A DNA stretch of 29,340 bases from a virus. Below are positions 1-9,454 of this stretch, one piece after another (the first letter of the stretch is position 1; each line of letters starts with the position of its first letter). The notes below the pieces were generated by a model, which was not told the origin of the DNA, did not search any database, and worked only from the letters and a program-made list of their open reading frames with translations. Position numbers and translations under genes: made by a program. Where the stretch lies: the IMG/VR virus record IMGVR_UViG_3300033688_000038, positions 1-29,340 of that record; one strand, 5' to 3'.

Positions 1-3
1 AAT

Positions 4-357
4 ATGTTAAATGTACCTACTTCAAATGGTAGTGAAACATTAAAAATGGCACCACATGAGGGTGGCATAGCTGTTGGTATAGAGTATGAAGATGATGATT
101 TTTGTCAAGAGTGTTTTATTCTACTAAGTGTTGGTGAAGTAAAAGGTATTATTAGTGCAATAGACTCCCCCTCATGTTCATATGAAACTCCTTCTGAAAA
201 CTTCAGTATCTATGAATCATCGTGGAAAAACGATCACGCTACAATATGTATAACAGAAGGTTCAGATAACATGTCAACTGGTTTTGAGGTTGAAGAATTA
301 CAAAATATCAAGTTGTACCTACAGATGTGGTTGGTTAGTATTAATGAATCATCTTAA
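4..357 (+). CDS. hypothetical acidic phage protein (possible two-fold beta-sheet/helix repeat)
   Basis: 117-aa ORF, same strand as neighbours, overlapping the next start; no family recognised. Confidence 0.6.
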   Translation: MLNVPTSNGSETLKMAPHEGGIAVGIEYEDDDFCQECFILLSVGEVKGIISAIDSPSCSYETPSENFSIYESSWKNDHATICITEGSDNMSTGFEVEELQNIKLYLQMWLVSINESS

Positions 358-874
358 AGTATCTGATATTTTTAAAAACCCTTATGGTAAGATTGATGGG
401 GATGTGATAAACGGATTAATAAAAGAGATTACTTCTAAGGAAGGTTTCTGTGTCCTTGATCTATCTGATACAACATATGGTGTTGGGGCTTCTTTCTTAC
501 AAGCAGCCATAAAAGGTGTTAATCCATCAAATCTTGGAGTTAGTAAAACAACTGATAAATTTTACTATATGAAGATTTGTGAGTATATGGATTATGAATT
601 AAAGGTATTCAATATGATTAAATGTAAGGATTGTAAATATATAAAAGGATGGGGACCTAAACATGACCCTATCTATTCTTGTACTTTTAGAATGAAGGAA
701 CGTCGAATATTTGACCCAGTTGAAGGTGTATATCGATGGCCAGAAGAGATAAATAAGGCTTTTGTTGTTCGTTGTATTACTGAGAGAAAGAACTCTACTG
801 GTTTCTTAGGTTTATTTATTGATAAAAAACGATGTGGTATTGATGGTAAGAATTTTGAACATAAGGTAGATTAA
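344..874 (+). CDS. hypothetical protein with C-terminal Cys-rich (CxxCxY) domain
   Basis: ATG 344 overlaps the end of the upstream gene; a second SD-like AAGGT + ATG at 614 begins MIKCKDCKY. Confidence 0.6.
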   Translation: MNHLKVSDIFKNPYGKIDGDVINGLIKEITSKEGFCVLDLSDTTYGVGASFLQAAIKGVNPSNLGVSKTTDKFYYMKICEYMDYELKVFNMIKCKDCKYIKGWGPKHDPIYSCTFRMKERRIFDPVEGVYRWPEEINKAFVVRCITERKNSTGFLGLFIDKKRCGIDGKNFEHKVD

Positions 875-1090
875 ATGTTTAAAGTAAGAAGTGTTTTTAT
901 TGATGGTTGTAATGAAGAGCAAGATATGGATTTCTCTGTAAAGAAGGGAAGAAAAGGTGTGCTTCTGTTTCAGAATACTATCCATTACCTGTATGAAGGT
1001 TTACCAAGTCAGCAATCATTAACTATTGGTTTGAAACCTGATGAGATTAAAGAATTAATAAAGGTGCTTAAAGACTCCCTGGGTGAGTGA
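875..1090 (+). CDS. hypothetical protein
   Basis: 71-aa ORF abutting the upstream stop, AAGGT SD. Confidence 0.6.
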   Translation: MFKVRSVFIDGCNEEQDMDFSVKKGRKGVLLFQNTIHYLYEGLPSQQSLTIGLKPDEIKELIKVLKDSLGE

Positions 1091-1182
1091 TATGACAGAA
1101 AAAGAATGGGTAGCTAAAGGTAAGAAAATGGATAAGCTTTGGAATAAGCTTTATTATGAAATTGTGATAAAAGGAGAGCAGG

Positions 1183-1911
1183 ATGCTATGTCACAAACTA
1201 ACGTTCCCAGCAGATAAGAAGTTATACTACTGTGGTGATCTCCATGGTTGCTATGATTTATTTATGAGTAAACTTGATAGTATTGGTTTTAATAAAGAAG
1301 AGGATGTTCTAATCTGTACTGGTGATTTAATTGATCGAGGTGAACAGAATGTAGAGTGTCTTGAGTTAATGGATGAACCTTGGTTCTTTACTGTATCTGG
1401 TAACCATGAAGATATGGCACTAAAAGCCATCCTAGAACCTAGTGAGCAGGATGATCATTGGAGACTATGGATGTATAATGGTGGCTCTTGGTACATTGAT
1501 TTTGGAGGTACTGATGATCTATTGTATGTGCGAGAGTTAATCAAAAAGACAGTACTATTACCTCATGTTCTTGAAATACAACATGGGGATAAAAAGGTAG
1601 TTGTTTGTCATGCTGATTGGCCATCAAAACAATACCCTTATTCATCTTCTAATGTCAACAATGAACATGTTACTTTTAGTGACCCAAATCGGAGTGATAT
1701 TGCAGACTTTACCCAAAATATCATTTGGAGTCGTGACCGTTATTATCGCTGGGAAGCTCAGTGGGATGACTTTGATGTAATCGAAGGTGCTGATGCCTTT
1801 GTATTTGGGCACACTCCTGTAAGTCGTCCTACAAGTTTTGGTAATCAACATTACATTGATACTGGTGCTGTGTTCACTGGTGAGTTAACAATAAAGGAAT
1901 TGGATCTATGA
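1183..1911 (+). CDS. calcineurin-like metallophosphoesterase (lambda NinI/PphA-like Ser/Thr phosphatase family)
   Basis: Motifs GDLHG, GDLIDRG, GNHE, FGHTP, IDTGA; AAGGAG SD. Confidence 0.93.
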   Translation: MLCHKLTFPADKKLYYCGDLHGCYDLFMSKLDSIGFNKEEDVLICTGDLIDRGEQNVECLELMDEPWFFTVSGNHEDMALKAILEPSEQDDHWRLWMYNGGSWYIDFGGTDDLLYVRELIKKTVLLPHVLEIQHGDKKVVVCHADWPSKQYPYSSSNVNNEHVTFSDPNRSDIADFTQNIIWSRDRYYRWEAQWDDFDVIEGADAFVFGHTPVSRPTSFGNQHYIDTGAVFTGELTIKELDL

Positions 1912-2621
1912 AATATTTTATAGAACATAATCTGAATGCATATGGCATGTTCTCTAAACCTTCTCAGGTATTGGAGTATGCATTCTGTACATTAGGTAAT
2001 GGTGTTCACTTAGACTTACAAGGATACTTGGAAGGTAATTACCGTAGTGAAGAGTGTTATGAGTTCAGTGAACCTGAACCTATTAATCACATCTATCGTT
2101 GGTCAACTTGCGAAGAGTTCCAACCTTTCCGTGAATTAGCTGGTTGTCGTGATGTTGGTTTTAAAGAATCATTTGCTTACTTTATCGAGTGTCTAAAAAT
2201 CACACCTGATACAGTTGGGTATATTAAAGAGTGGAAAGAAAACATACCGTTGATGGAAGATATTATCTACAACACACCAACTATTACCGATGAATACACA
2301 AGCATTAATGATATAGATGGATTCCTTACGAAATTAAAAGCATCTACATCTACTACTGATGCCCATGGTGGTTCTACTACAAATCCAACGAATTCTGTTG
2401 ATAAACGTTGGTTCTTTGATGTACAGTGGAGTGACTGTCCTGATTTTGTTGAGAAAGAAGTTCGTCAAAGTTGGGGTGATTACGAACTTGGTAATGATAA
2501 ATACATCTGGAAAGCCAAGGTTGATGAAGAATTATATGAAGCATATCCTAATATCTACTTCTGGTTAAAGCACAAAGGTGTCCCAGATGGTGAGAAGGTT
2601 TATGTCCATTGGTGGTGGTAA
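1908..2621 (+). CDS. hypothetical protein, apparently two domains joined by an S/T-rich linker
   Basis: 237-aa ORF, ATGA overlap with the upstream gene; linker ASTSTTDAHGGSTTNPTNS. Confidence 0.7.
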   Translation: MKYFIEHNLNAYGMFSKPSQVLEYAFCTLGNGVHLDLQGYLEGNYRSEECYEFSEPEPINHIYRWSTCEEFQPFRELAGCRDVGFKESFAYFIECLKITPDTVGYIKEWKENIPLMEDIIYNTPTITDEYTSINDIDGFLTKLKASTSTTDAHGGSTTNPTNSVDKRWFFDVQWSDCPDFVEKEVRQSWGDYELGNDKYIWKAKVDEELYEAYPNIYFWLKHKGVPDGEKVYVHWWW

Positions 2622-2622
2622 T

Positions 2623-2799
2623 ATGAAAGAAAAAATTGCCATGGCTTGGATTATAGGTTTAGTACTAATAATCATTGGCTTTCTGATCTATAAAGCAATG
2701 ATGTCAGGTTACTTTCTTATTATCTTAATTAAGTTCACGATAGTTGCTGTTATTACATTAATGACATTATGGGCTATTCATACAATTTCTTTGGAATAA
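2623..2799 (+). CDS. small membrane protein (2 TM)
   Basis: Two hydrophobic stretches; GGTGG SD before ATG 2623. Confidence 0.55.
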   Translation: MKEKIAMAWIIGLVLIIIGFLIYKAMMSGYFLIILIKFTIVAVITLMTLWAIHTISLE

Positions 2800-3519
2800 A
2801 TATGCTTAAATTTGAAGATATGATCGATGATGCAGATATGGTTGTCCGTAAAACTGAAGATGGTGTCTCTTTTAAAATTAATAATGAAGTTTGTATATTA
2901 AATGACAAACAACTTAAACAATTAGTTCACTTTATAAACAAAGGTAAGTAATATGTATATTAGATATGATGATTTGGTTATCAACACGAATATGTTTGGA
3001 TCTATTGAGTTAGATTTAGATTCTAATAATATCAACTTTGAGCAAATGGGTTTTGCTACAAAAACATTCCATTTCAACTCTCCTGAACGTGTTAAAAATG
3101 CCCATAGTGTTATTTGCATGGGTCTAGCACGTGATTCTGATTATATAGAGGTGCGCTAATGGGCTTTATGGCAGGCGGTCTTTGTGTAGTTGTTTTTTGG
3201 ATTGGTTATTTTGTAGCTAAAAGTCAAGGTGTTTGCTAATGAGGTTTGGAGCAACAACTGAAGAAAGGCAGAAGCACAATAAAGATATCTGCTGGCGACA
3301 TACAATCAGATATGCCTATTTTCCCACTAAAATGGAAGAGGGTTGTTGGGTTTGGTTGACTAACTATTATTCTTATTTTGTTTCTGGTAAATACAACCTA
3401 CGGCTAGGTGAGAATAAATGTATGTCCTTGCCTGAATATGTAGAGGTAAAGGGTTTCAAACCTTTCAATTGGAACAAACATAAACGTCAAATTAAATATT
3501 TCTTAAAGAGGTCAAAATA

Positions 3520-4119
3520 ATGTACAGAGAAGCCACTCATATTAATAGAAACTATATAAATCATGAACACCCTTACTCAAGAGTAGCTAGTTGTGTCTAC
3601 TACACCATGATAGAAGGCGATTGGCGTTACTTGGATCTAAATACACAAAGATGGTGTCAATCTTCTAATTCAAATGATTGGTTCACAAGGAGCCTAGTTC
3701 CAAATCCATGTTATGTTGCTCCTCCATCTCGTGATGATGCAACACACGTAACTCAGCAATTTATAAATACTGGGTGTGCAATCGCCTCTCATTATAAAAT
3801 GATTGATAATGTTTGGTATTATTGGTCGGATGCTAGGCAATATTGGAAACTAAGTGATGTAAATTCACATCGAACATTAGTCCCACTTGCGCTTGATGAA
3901 ATATCTACTACTAGTATATCTCTTGGCGCTAACATGCTAGATGAGATTATTGTTAATGATATTAATCCTGAATATGAGGACTCTATCAAATTCCGTAGGC
4001 ACCTTACAGATATATCTGTAGTGTTTACATCAGAGAATCAGAATGCAGGAGCAGCATTAATTAGTAAAGAGAAGGCTACTGAACTTCGTGACTTCTTAAC
4101 CCGTTGGATTGATTCTTAA
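3520..4119 (+). CDS. hypothetical protein with a tandemly duplicated aromatic-rich domain
   Basis: Two similar units: ATHINRNYIN..YYTMIEGDWRY..W and ATHVTQQFIN..HYKMIDNVWYY..W; GAGG SD. Confidence 0.7.
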   Translation: MYREATHINRNYINHEHPYSRVASCVYYTMIEGDWRYLDLNTQRWCQSSNSNDWFTRSLVPNPCYVAPPSRDDATHVTQQFINTGCAIASHYKMIDNVWYYWSDARQYWKLSDVNSHRTLVPLALDEISTTSISLGANMLDEIIVNDINPEYEDSIKFRRHLTDISVVFTSENQNAGAALISKEKATELRDFLTRWIDS

Positions 4120-4230
4120 TGAGTACTTCAGAAACTACACGGCAGCGGTTAATAAATCGTTTTCCTGATAGAGATGAGATAGAAGTGGCTTGTATGGTAA
4201 AAGCTGCCGAATATGTTAAAGGGGTTAAAG

Positions 4231-4467
4231 ATGGAAGACTTAAAGATTAACTGTGTTGATGAAGAAAACACTGTATTAGAGCTTAGTGATAACAATAACG
4301 AAATAGGTTTAAAAGCTGAACTCTTTATGTGTATTGAAGAGTATGGTGAAAACTACGGTAAACCATTCTACAATTATGGTCACTCAATTGCGTTAAATCC
4401 TGAGAAGGTTCGCAAACTCCGTGATAGCTTAAATGAATGGCTAAAGGACTCTGGTAATGAGTTATGA
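4231..4467 (+). CDS. hypothetical protein
   Basis: GGGG SD before ATG 4231; acidic ORF with a C-terminal amphipathic helix. Confidence 0.55.
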   Translation: MEDLKINCVDEENTVLELSDNNNEIGLKAELFMCIEEYGENYGKPFYNYGHSIALNPEKVRKLRDSLNEWLKDSGNEL

Positions 4468-4681
4468 TCGAAGAATTTACATAGATAGAATGAAGAGAAT
4501 GAAAGAACTTCGTGAAAAAGCTCAGAAGCTAAGGGAGTCCGATATAGTTCAGTGTACTGGTTGCGGTAAAGATGTGGATAAGGATAAGGCTGACTGTAGG
4601 CTTGTTGTAATCATTTGTGGTAAAGACTATGACACCCACTATTGTCATCATTGTGGTAACGAATGGGTAAGTCGAGACTGA
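4457..4681 (+). CDS. small zinc-ribbon protein
   Basis: CTGC ... CHHC pairs; AAGGA SD. Confidence 0.6.
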   Translation: MSYDRRIYIDRMKRMKELREKAQKLRESDIVQCTGCGKDVDKDKADCRLVVIICGKDYDTHYCHHCGNEWVSRD

Positions 4682-5446
4682 TATGAATAACATAATAGCA
4701 GTAATACTACTAATCCTTGGGTGTGTTTGCCTGTGGTATGGTGGCTACCTTTTTGGACTAAAAACAGGGATTAATTAATATGCGAAGTTATGAACCAGAA
4801 GGCTACATCTGCCGATGTGGTCAAAAGAATTGGCCATGTTCCCGATAGGATAGGTGATTAATTATGAAACTTTCTCAGTTTATTGAACAACTTGAAGATT
4901 ATCTACATGATGAAGGTGATATTGAGATTGGTATTCTAAGTAATTGTGAAGCTGGTTGCTGTCCTCCAGTTGATATTGAAACTGAAGTTCAGATATTATT
5001 TAACACTAAATATTTAATAGTGAGCCGTTAGCCATGAGTAGTTTTATAACTGATATATTCGAACATTATCGAATACGTGCAGAAAAGGAAAAGATACGTC
5101 GTGAAAAGCTTGGCAATTTTGGTAGGTTAAAAGAGGATTTACCTAATTATATTAAATTCTCAATTGTGGCTATCTTAGCTGTAATTTGGACAATTGTATT
5201 ACCAATTACTGGTATTTGTGCTCTGATTTCAGGATAAACATTATATGAGGATGAAAGTAATAGATGTAGATGTTGATGGTTTTGAAATGTTTAAAGCTAT
5301 CTTTTGGTTATTTATTGGTTCAATGTACCTGTTGGATTACCAAGTAGCAGATTTAAATGATGTTGTGTTATTCATAACATTAGTATTAGCCGATGCAGCA
5401 ACATCTCGTGCTAAAGGCTACAGAAGGTAAATAGTTTAGTTAATAA

Positions 5447-5501
5447 GACTTAGTAATCCATGCACTCGGATAGGATATTCGGATGTATGCTGGATGAAGT
5501 C
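5447..5501 (+). promoter_or_regulatory. long imperfect stem-loop in the DNA polymerase leader
   Basis: Nested pairings GACTT/AAGTC, ATCCA/TGGAT, TGCA/TGTA, CGGATA/TATTCG; no U-tract; ends about 10 nt before the AAGGA SD. Confidence 0.45.
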
Positions 5502-5521
5502 AATAAAGATAAGGATATATA

Positions 5522-7588
5522 ATGAGCGCTTGGGATAAACCTTTTCAACTTGAAATGAATGTAGCTCATCTCGTTAGCGAACAAGCTAAACATGGATGTA
5601 ATTTTAATTCACCTCAAGCTCATCGAAACGTATTTTTCTTAATTGAAAAAATTATCAACATTGATAGAGAGCTTATTCCTCTTTTACCTCCAATGTTAAA
5701 TAAAGGTACAGAGTATAATAGGCCGTTTAAGCTTAATGGTGATTTTATGAAATGGCCAGGTGAGTACGCTGCTCGTGTTGGCCTTGAACGTAAAGATGTA
5801 GCTAATAGGTTCACTGGTGTTTGGTACACACCCTTTGACCCAAGTAAAACTGATAAAGTTAAACACCTTATGATTGATCTGGGGTGGATACCTACTGAGT
5901 GGAATTCAAAGAAGGTGGCTTGGGATGCCAATAAGATTAAGCGTGAGATTGGTAAAGCAACAACATATGTTGATTACTTCAAAAAACTACCTCCTGATGT
6001 TAGGATGGAGTTTCATAAACCAATACAAGCATTCTTTGAGAAACATATATTAGTAAGTACAGTAAGTGATCAATACCGTGCGTTATATTTAAGTAAAATT
6101 GGATGTTACACTAAAAAGGAAATAGCAAGATTTAGTGAAGTTGTTAATAACTACTGTGGCCATGCTTATGAGGTAATCGAGGGACGTAAATCAACAGTTG
6201 TAATCTCTCAAGATGCAATGGCATTACGTAAAAAAGTATTGCGTGATCTATTAGATAAAGGTTTCAAAACCATGCTTTGTAAGGGGTTTTGGGATAGTTC
6301 TCCTAAGATTACAGAAGATTCATTTGATTCTTTAGATGATTCTGAGTCTAAAGTATTAGCTTTATTACGTCAGCGAATGGTTTGGGCACATAGACGTTCC
6401 CTTATCCAAGGTTTGATTGAGAACATGAAGAAACGACCTATTGGTTGGCATGTTGTTAAGAGTAAAAATGGAAAGATGACTCTACGTAAGTATGATGGCA
6501 AGCTTTCTGGAGAGTTGAACCCATGTGCTACACCAACAGCACGAGGTCGTCACCGCGTTATTGTGAATATTCCAGCATCAGGTGCTCCATTCGGAAATGA
6601 ATGTCGTGATATGTTCACTGGTGATAAGCGATATGATGTAGATCAATATAAGCCGTATAATCAGCGAAGTAAAGAAGAAAAGGGAACAATCTTCTATAAT
6701 GATCCAATCAAGAAATCAGGGCTGAAAGGTTTCAGGCATCCAGAGTTTGGTTTAGTCTTTACTAATACTGATAAATCTGTATTCTATAAAGTCAAGTTTG
6801 ATGAGAAAACTAAGTTCAAGAAGAAAGTAGTTATTATCAAAAAACTAAAAGGTGATGATTTTGTCAATGCTTATCGTATTGATAAACATCGAAACCGATT
6901 GATTGAGTGGGATGATGGTAAGTGGGATGAACGTGGGGCACATGCTTGGCGTTACTTTATTCCACCAGGTCATGATGCCTTTGTAGGTGGTGATGGTGCT
7001 GCACTTGAGTTACGTATGTTGGCTCATTACCTGAACTATGTTCCTACTATGCTGCTGAATGCGATGGATGAGCAAGGTGTTGATTTTGTTAAGGCTTATG
7101 GGAAGAACTTCACAAGAGCCCAACTAATTGAGGCTAAGCATTCTGCTGAGGAATACCGTCATCAGGTACTATCTGGTGATATCCATACACACAATCAGAA
7201 ATTAGCAGGTCTTCCTACTCGTAAAGCTGCTAAGTCGTTCATCTACGCTTTCCTTTACGGTGCTGGTGCTGCTAAATTAGGTACTCTGGTTAATGGTGGT
7301 ATGGCTGAAGGTGAAGAAATGAAGGTAACATTCTTACGAGAATGTCCTTGTATCCCTGTTTTATTGGATTACATTCAAGCTCAGGCTGGTCAACAGGGTT
7401 GGATTCCAGCGATTGATGGTCGTAAGTTGATTATGCGTCGTGATCCAACTGGTAAAGTTCTTACTCATAAAGCTCTAAATACATTATTACAGGCTGCTGG
7501 TTCAATTGTAATGAAGTATGCAATGGTTGTCTTACATAAAGATATTAAGAAGGCTGACATTAGTTGTAGTCAAGTCATCTTCATGCAT
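5522..7588 (+). CDS. family A (T7-type) DNA polymerase, exon 1 (polymerase domain only)
   Basis: Motif A DGAALELRMLAHY, GDIHT, motif B RKAAKSFIYAFLYGAG, HKALNTLLQAAG; ends at FMH immediately before the motif C DE. Confidence 0.95.
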
Positions 7589-8217
7589 TAAATTCGTTGT
7601 GCATGTAAAACTGGGTGAACTCGGTGGAGGGTCTGCACGAAGGAGCAGAGAATACCGAGCCAAGCAATAGGAGATAATAGTATGGCTGAAGTTATTCTGG
7701 AAACAACAGGTAATGGATGTATTATCCCTACATCCCATAAACTAAACAAAGATGGTTATTTTAGGAGACGTCTTCCTATTACTGGTGAATATGTAATGTT
7801 TCATCGGTATCAATGGGAGCAGGAAAATGGCAAAATTCCTGAGGGTTTTGAAATAGAACATAAGTGTAAGAATCGTGCTTGTTGCAATCTAGAACATTTA
7901 GAATGTATTGACGGTTCTGAACATGCCATTTTAACCAACTCTACTAGGTATGCTGAGCGGCTTGAAGCTGCTCATAAGTATTGGTTAGAGACAGGTTGCC
8001 GTGGTGTGGATTTGTTTAGAGTTTTTGGTGTGACCCATTCTTGCGCTTGTCGCTGGATACGTGGTTGGAAGGTGTAGAGACTAAATGTGAAGCAATTGCT
8101 TCCGAGAGGGCCGTGGGTGAGATTCCCACGTAACCCGTAGCGCCCAGAGCAGTTACCATAATAGCTGTTGTGATATAGCCCGACACTCACTGTGAAGTGG
8201 GAATACAGATGGTATAG
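7589..8217 (+). ncRNA. self-splicing group I intron, IA2-like, 629 nt
   Basis: P1: exon CATGCAT 7582-7588 pairs with GTGCATG 7599-7605, with a U.G pair at the splice site. P10: ATTCGTT 7592-7598 pairs with 3' exon GACGAAT. P3 CTGGGTG 7611/CGCCCAG 8141; P4 CTCGGT/ACCGAG; R GAAGGTGTAGAGACTA; S TGATATAGCCC; P7.1 and P7.2 hairpins; terminal G 8217. Removal restores FMH-DEYQF in frame. Confidence 0.93.
7682..8077 (+). CDS. intron-encoded HNH homing endonuclease
   Basis: HR..WE...G.IP.G.EIEHKCKNRACCNLEHL motif; lies between the Q and R elements (P6 region); AGGAG SD. Confidence 0.92.
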   Translation: MAEVILETTGNGCIIPTSHKLNKDGYFRRRLPITGEYVMFHRYQWEQENGKIPEGFEIEHKCKNRACCNLEHLECIDGSEHAILTNSTRYAERLEAAHKYWLETGCRGVDLFRVFGVTHSCACRWIRGWKV

Positions 8218-8397
8218 GACGAATACCAATTTAGTTGTAAGATCGATGATGTTCCTAAACTAAGGGCATGTATTGATATGTGTGTAAGAAAGGCTGGCGA
8301 GATTGCCAGCGAAGAGAACTATGGATGGGGCTTAGATATGCACTGTGTGCTTGCTTCAGATTCCATGGTGGGTTTTTCATGGGTTCATACTCATTAA
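8218..8397 (+). CDS. family A DNA polymerase, exon 2 (59 aa; absent from the ORF track)
   Basis: Manual translation DEYQFSCKIDDVPKLRACIDMCVRKAGE...VGFSWVHTH*, a typical PolA/T7 gp5 C-terminus; spliced product 748 aa. Confidence 0.92.
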   Translation, partial: DEYQFSCKIDDVPKLRACIDMCVRKAGEIASEENYGWGLDMHCVLASDSMVGFSWVHTH

Positions 8398-8411
8398 TAA
8401 GGGATATAAAG

Positions 8412-8627
8412 ATGACAAAGGTATCAAAAAAACCTGGAACAACAAGACTAATCGTGACAGAGGTTCAATTATCAAGATTAAATGCTAATATTCCGTCTGA
8501 CCTGTATAGGAAATTTAAAGCAGCTAGTGTATTGAACCAAGTTACTATCAATGATCTGATACAAGATTGGGTTGAAAAATATGTAGAAGAAAATATAACT
8601 GATATATATCAATTTAGTAAAAAGTAA
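8412..8627 (+). CDS. ribbon-helix-helix DNA-binding protein, ParG-like
   Basis: RLNANIPSDLYRKFKAAS....TINDLIQDWVEKYV pattern; AAGGG SD before ATG 8412. Confidence 0.75.
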   Translation: MTKVSKKPGTTRLIVTEVQLSRLNANIPSDLYRKFKAASVLNQVTINDLIQDWVEKYVEENITDIYQFSKK

Positions 8628-8635
8628 TCTTATCT

Positions 8636-8661
8636 AGCTCCTGGATAATCGGGAGCCTTTT
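8636..8661 (+). terminator. intrinsic terminator
   Basis: GCTCCTG/CGGGAGC stem followed by CTTTT. Confidence 0.6.
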
Positions 8662-8673
8662 AAGGAAATAATA

Positions 8674-9069
8674 ATGAAAGAATTTCTATTTATAACAGAT
8701 GTTCGTCGCGGTGAGTGTGAATTATACAACATTGATACAGATATGATCGCTGTATTTAGAATCTCTGAATTATTAGAGATTTTATCCGAAGATATTCAAG
8801 CTTTAATTGATAATAAAGAGTATGATGGTATCGAAACTGTAGAGGATGCCTTTTGGGATATCATCTATGAAAGTAACAAAGGTGATGAAGTGGAAATTGA
8901 AGAGGTTGATGAAAATTACTTCAAAGAGAACACTACTGAATTATTCAAGCTCTTCACTGATGCAGATAGTGACCCTGCTTGGGATCTCTTACATGAAAAA
9001 CAATTGTATAACCTTAACCTCTTTAGTAAATTCAAGAGTCGATTTAAGCAAACAGTGGTATTTGAGTAA
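8674..9069 (+). CDS. hypothetical highly acidic protein
   Basis: 131-aa ORF, AAGGA SD. Confidence 0.7.
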   Translation: MKEFLFITDVRRGECELYNIDTDMIAVFRISELLEILSEDIQALIDNKEYDGIETVEDAFWDIIYESNKGDEVEIEEVDENYFKENTTELFKLFTDADSDPAWDLLHEKQLYNLNLFSKFKSRFKQTVVFE

Positions 9070-9454
9070 GGATTAGGTATGAAACCTTGGAAAGCAAAAG
9101 CAGGGGCTAATGCTAACCGTAACGGTTTAGGTCGTGGGTGTGATATGCGTAGTTGCCCCAATAGGGGTTATAGTTTTGAATGTACAATAGGTCGTAATCC
9201 TCGTAATTGTGTTGACAAACATATTAAACCAGGCACAGGTTGGTTGAAATGATAATAGAGCTTGATGAAGCACAAGAGGAGTTCTTATTTGAAGCATTAA
9301 AAGATGCTAAAACCTCTATGATCCAGTGGGGAATGAGAGCAACTATTAGAAAAGCAGATCCTCGTTTATTAGCTCATTACAAAGAAAAGATTAACCAGTA
9401 TCAGAAACTAGAAGATAACTTAGCAAAACAAATAAATGATAGGAGATATTAATT

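Noticed and set aside
5912-6970. Inteins in the polymerase
   Set aside because: No HN-C/S/T C-terminal junction or LAGLIDADG motifs in either insertion
7589-7591. Polymerase as a truncated gene or pseudogene
   Set aside because: The TAA is the first triplet of the intron; splicing restores the frame
8280-8411. N-terminal part of the 115-aa ORF 8280..8627
   Set aside because: Overlaps polymerase exon 2 in another frame; the real start is probably ATG 8412, which has an SD
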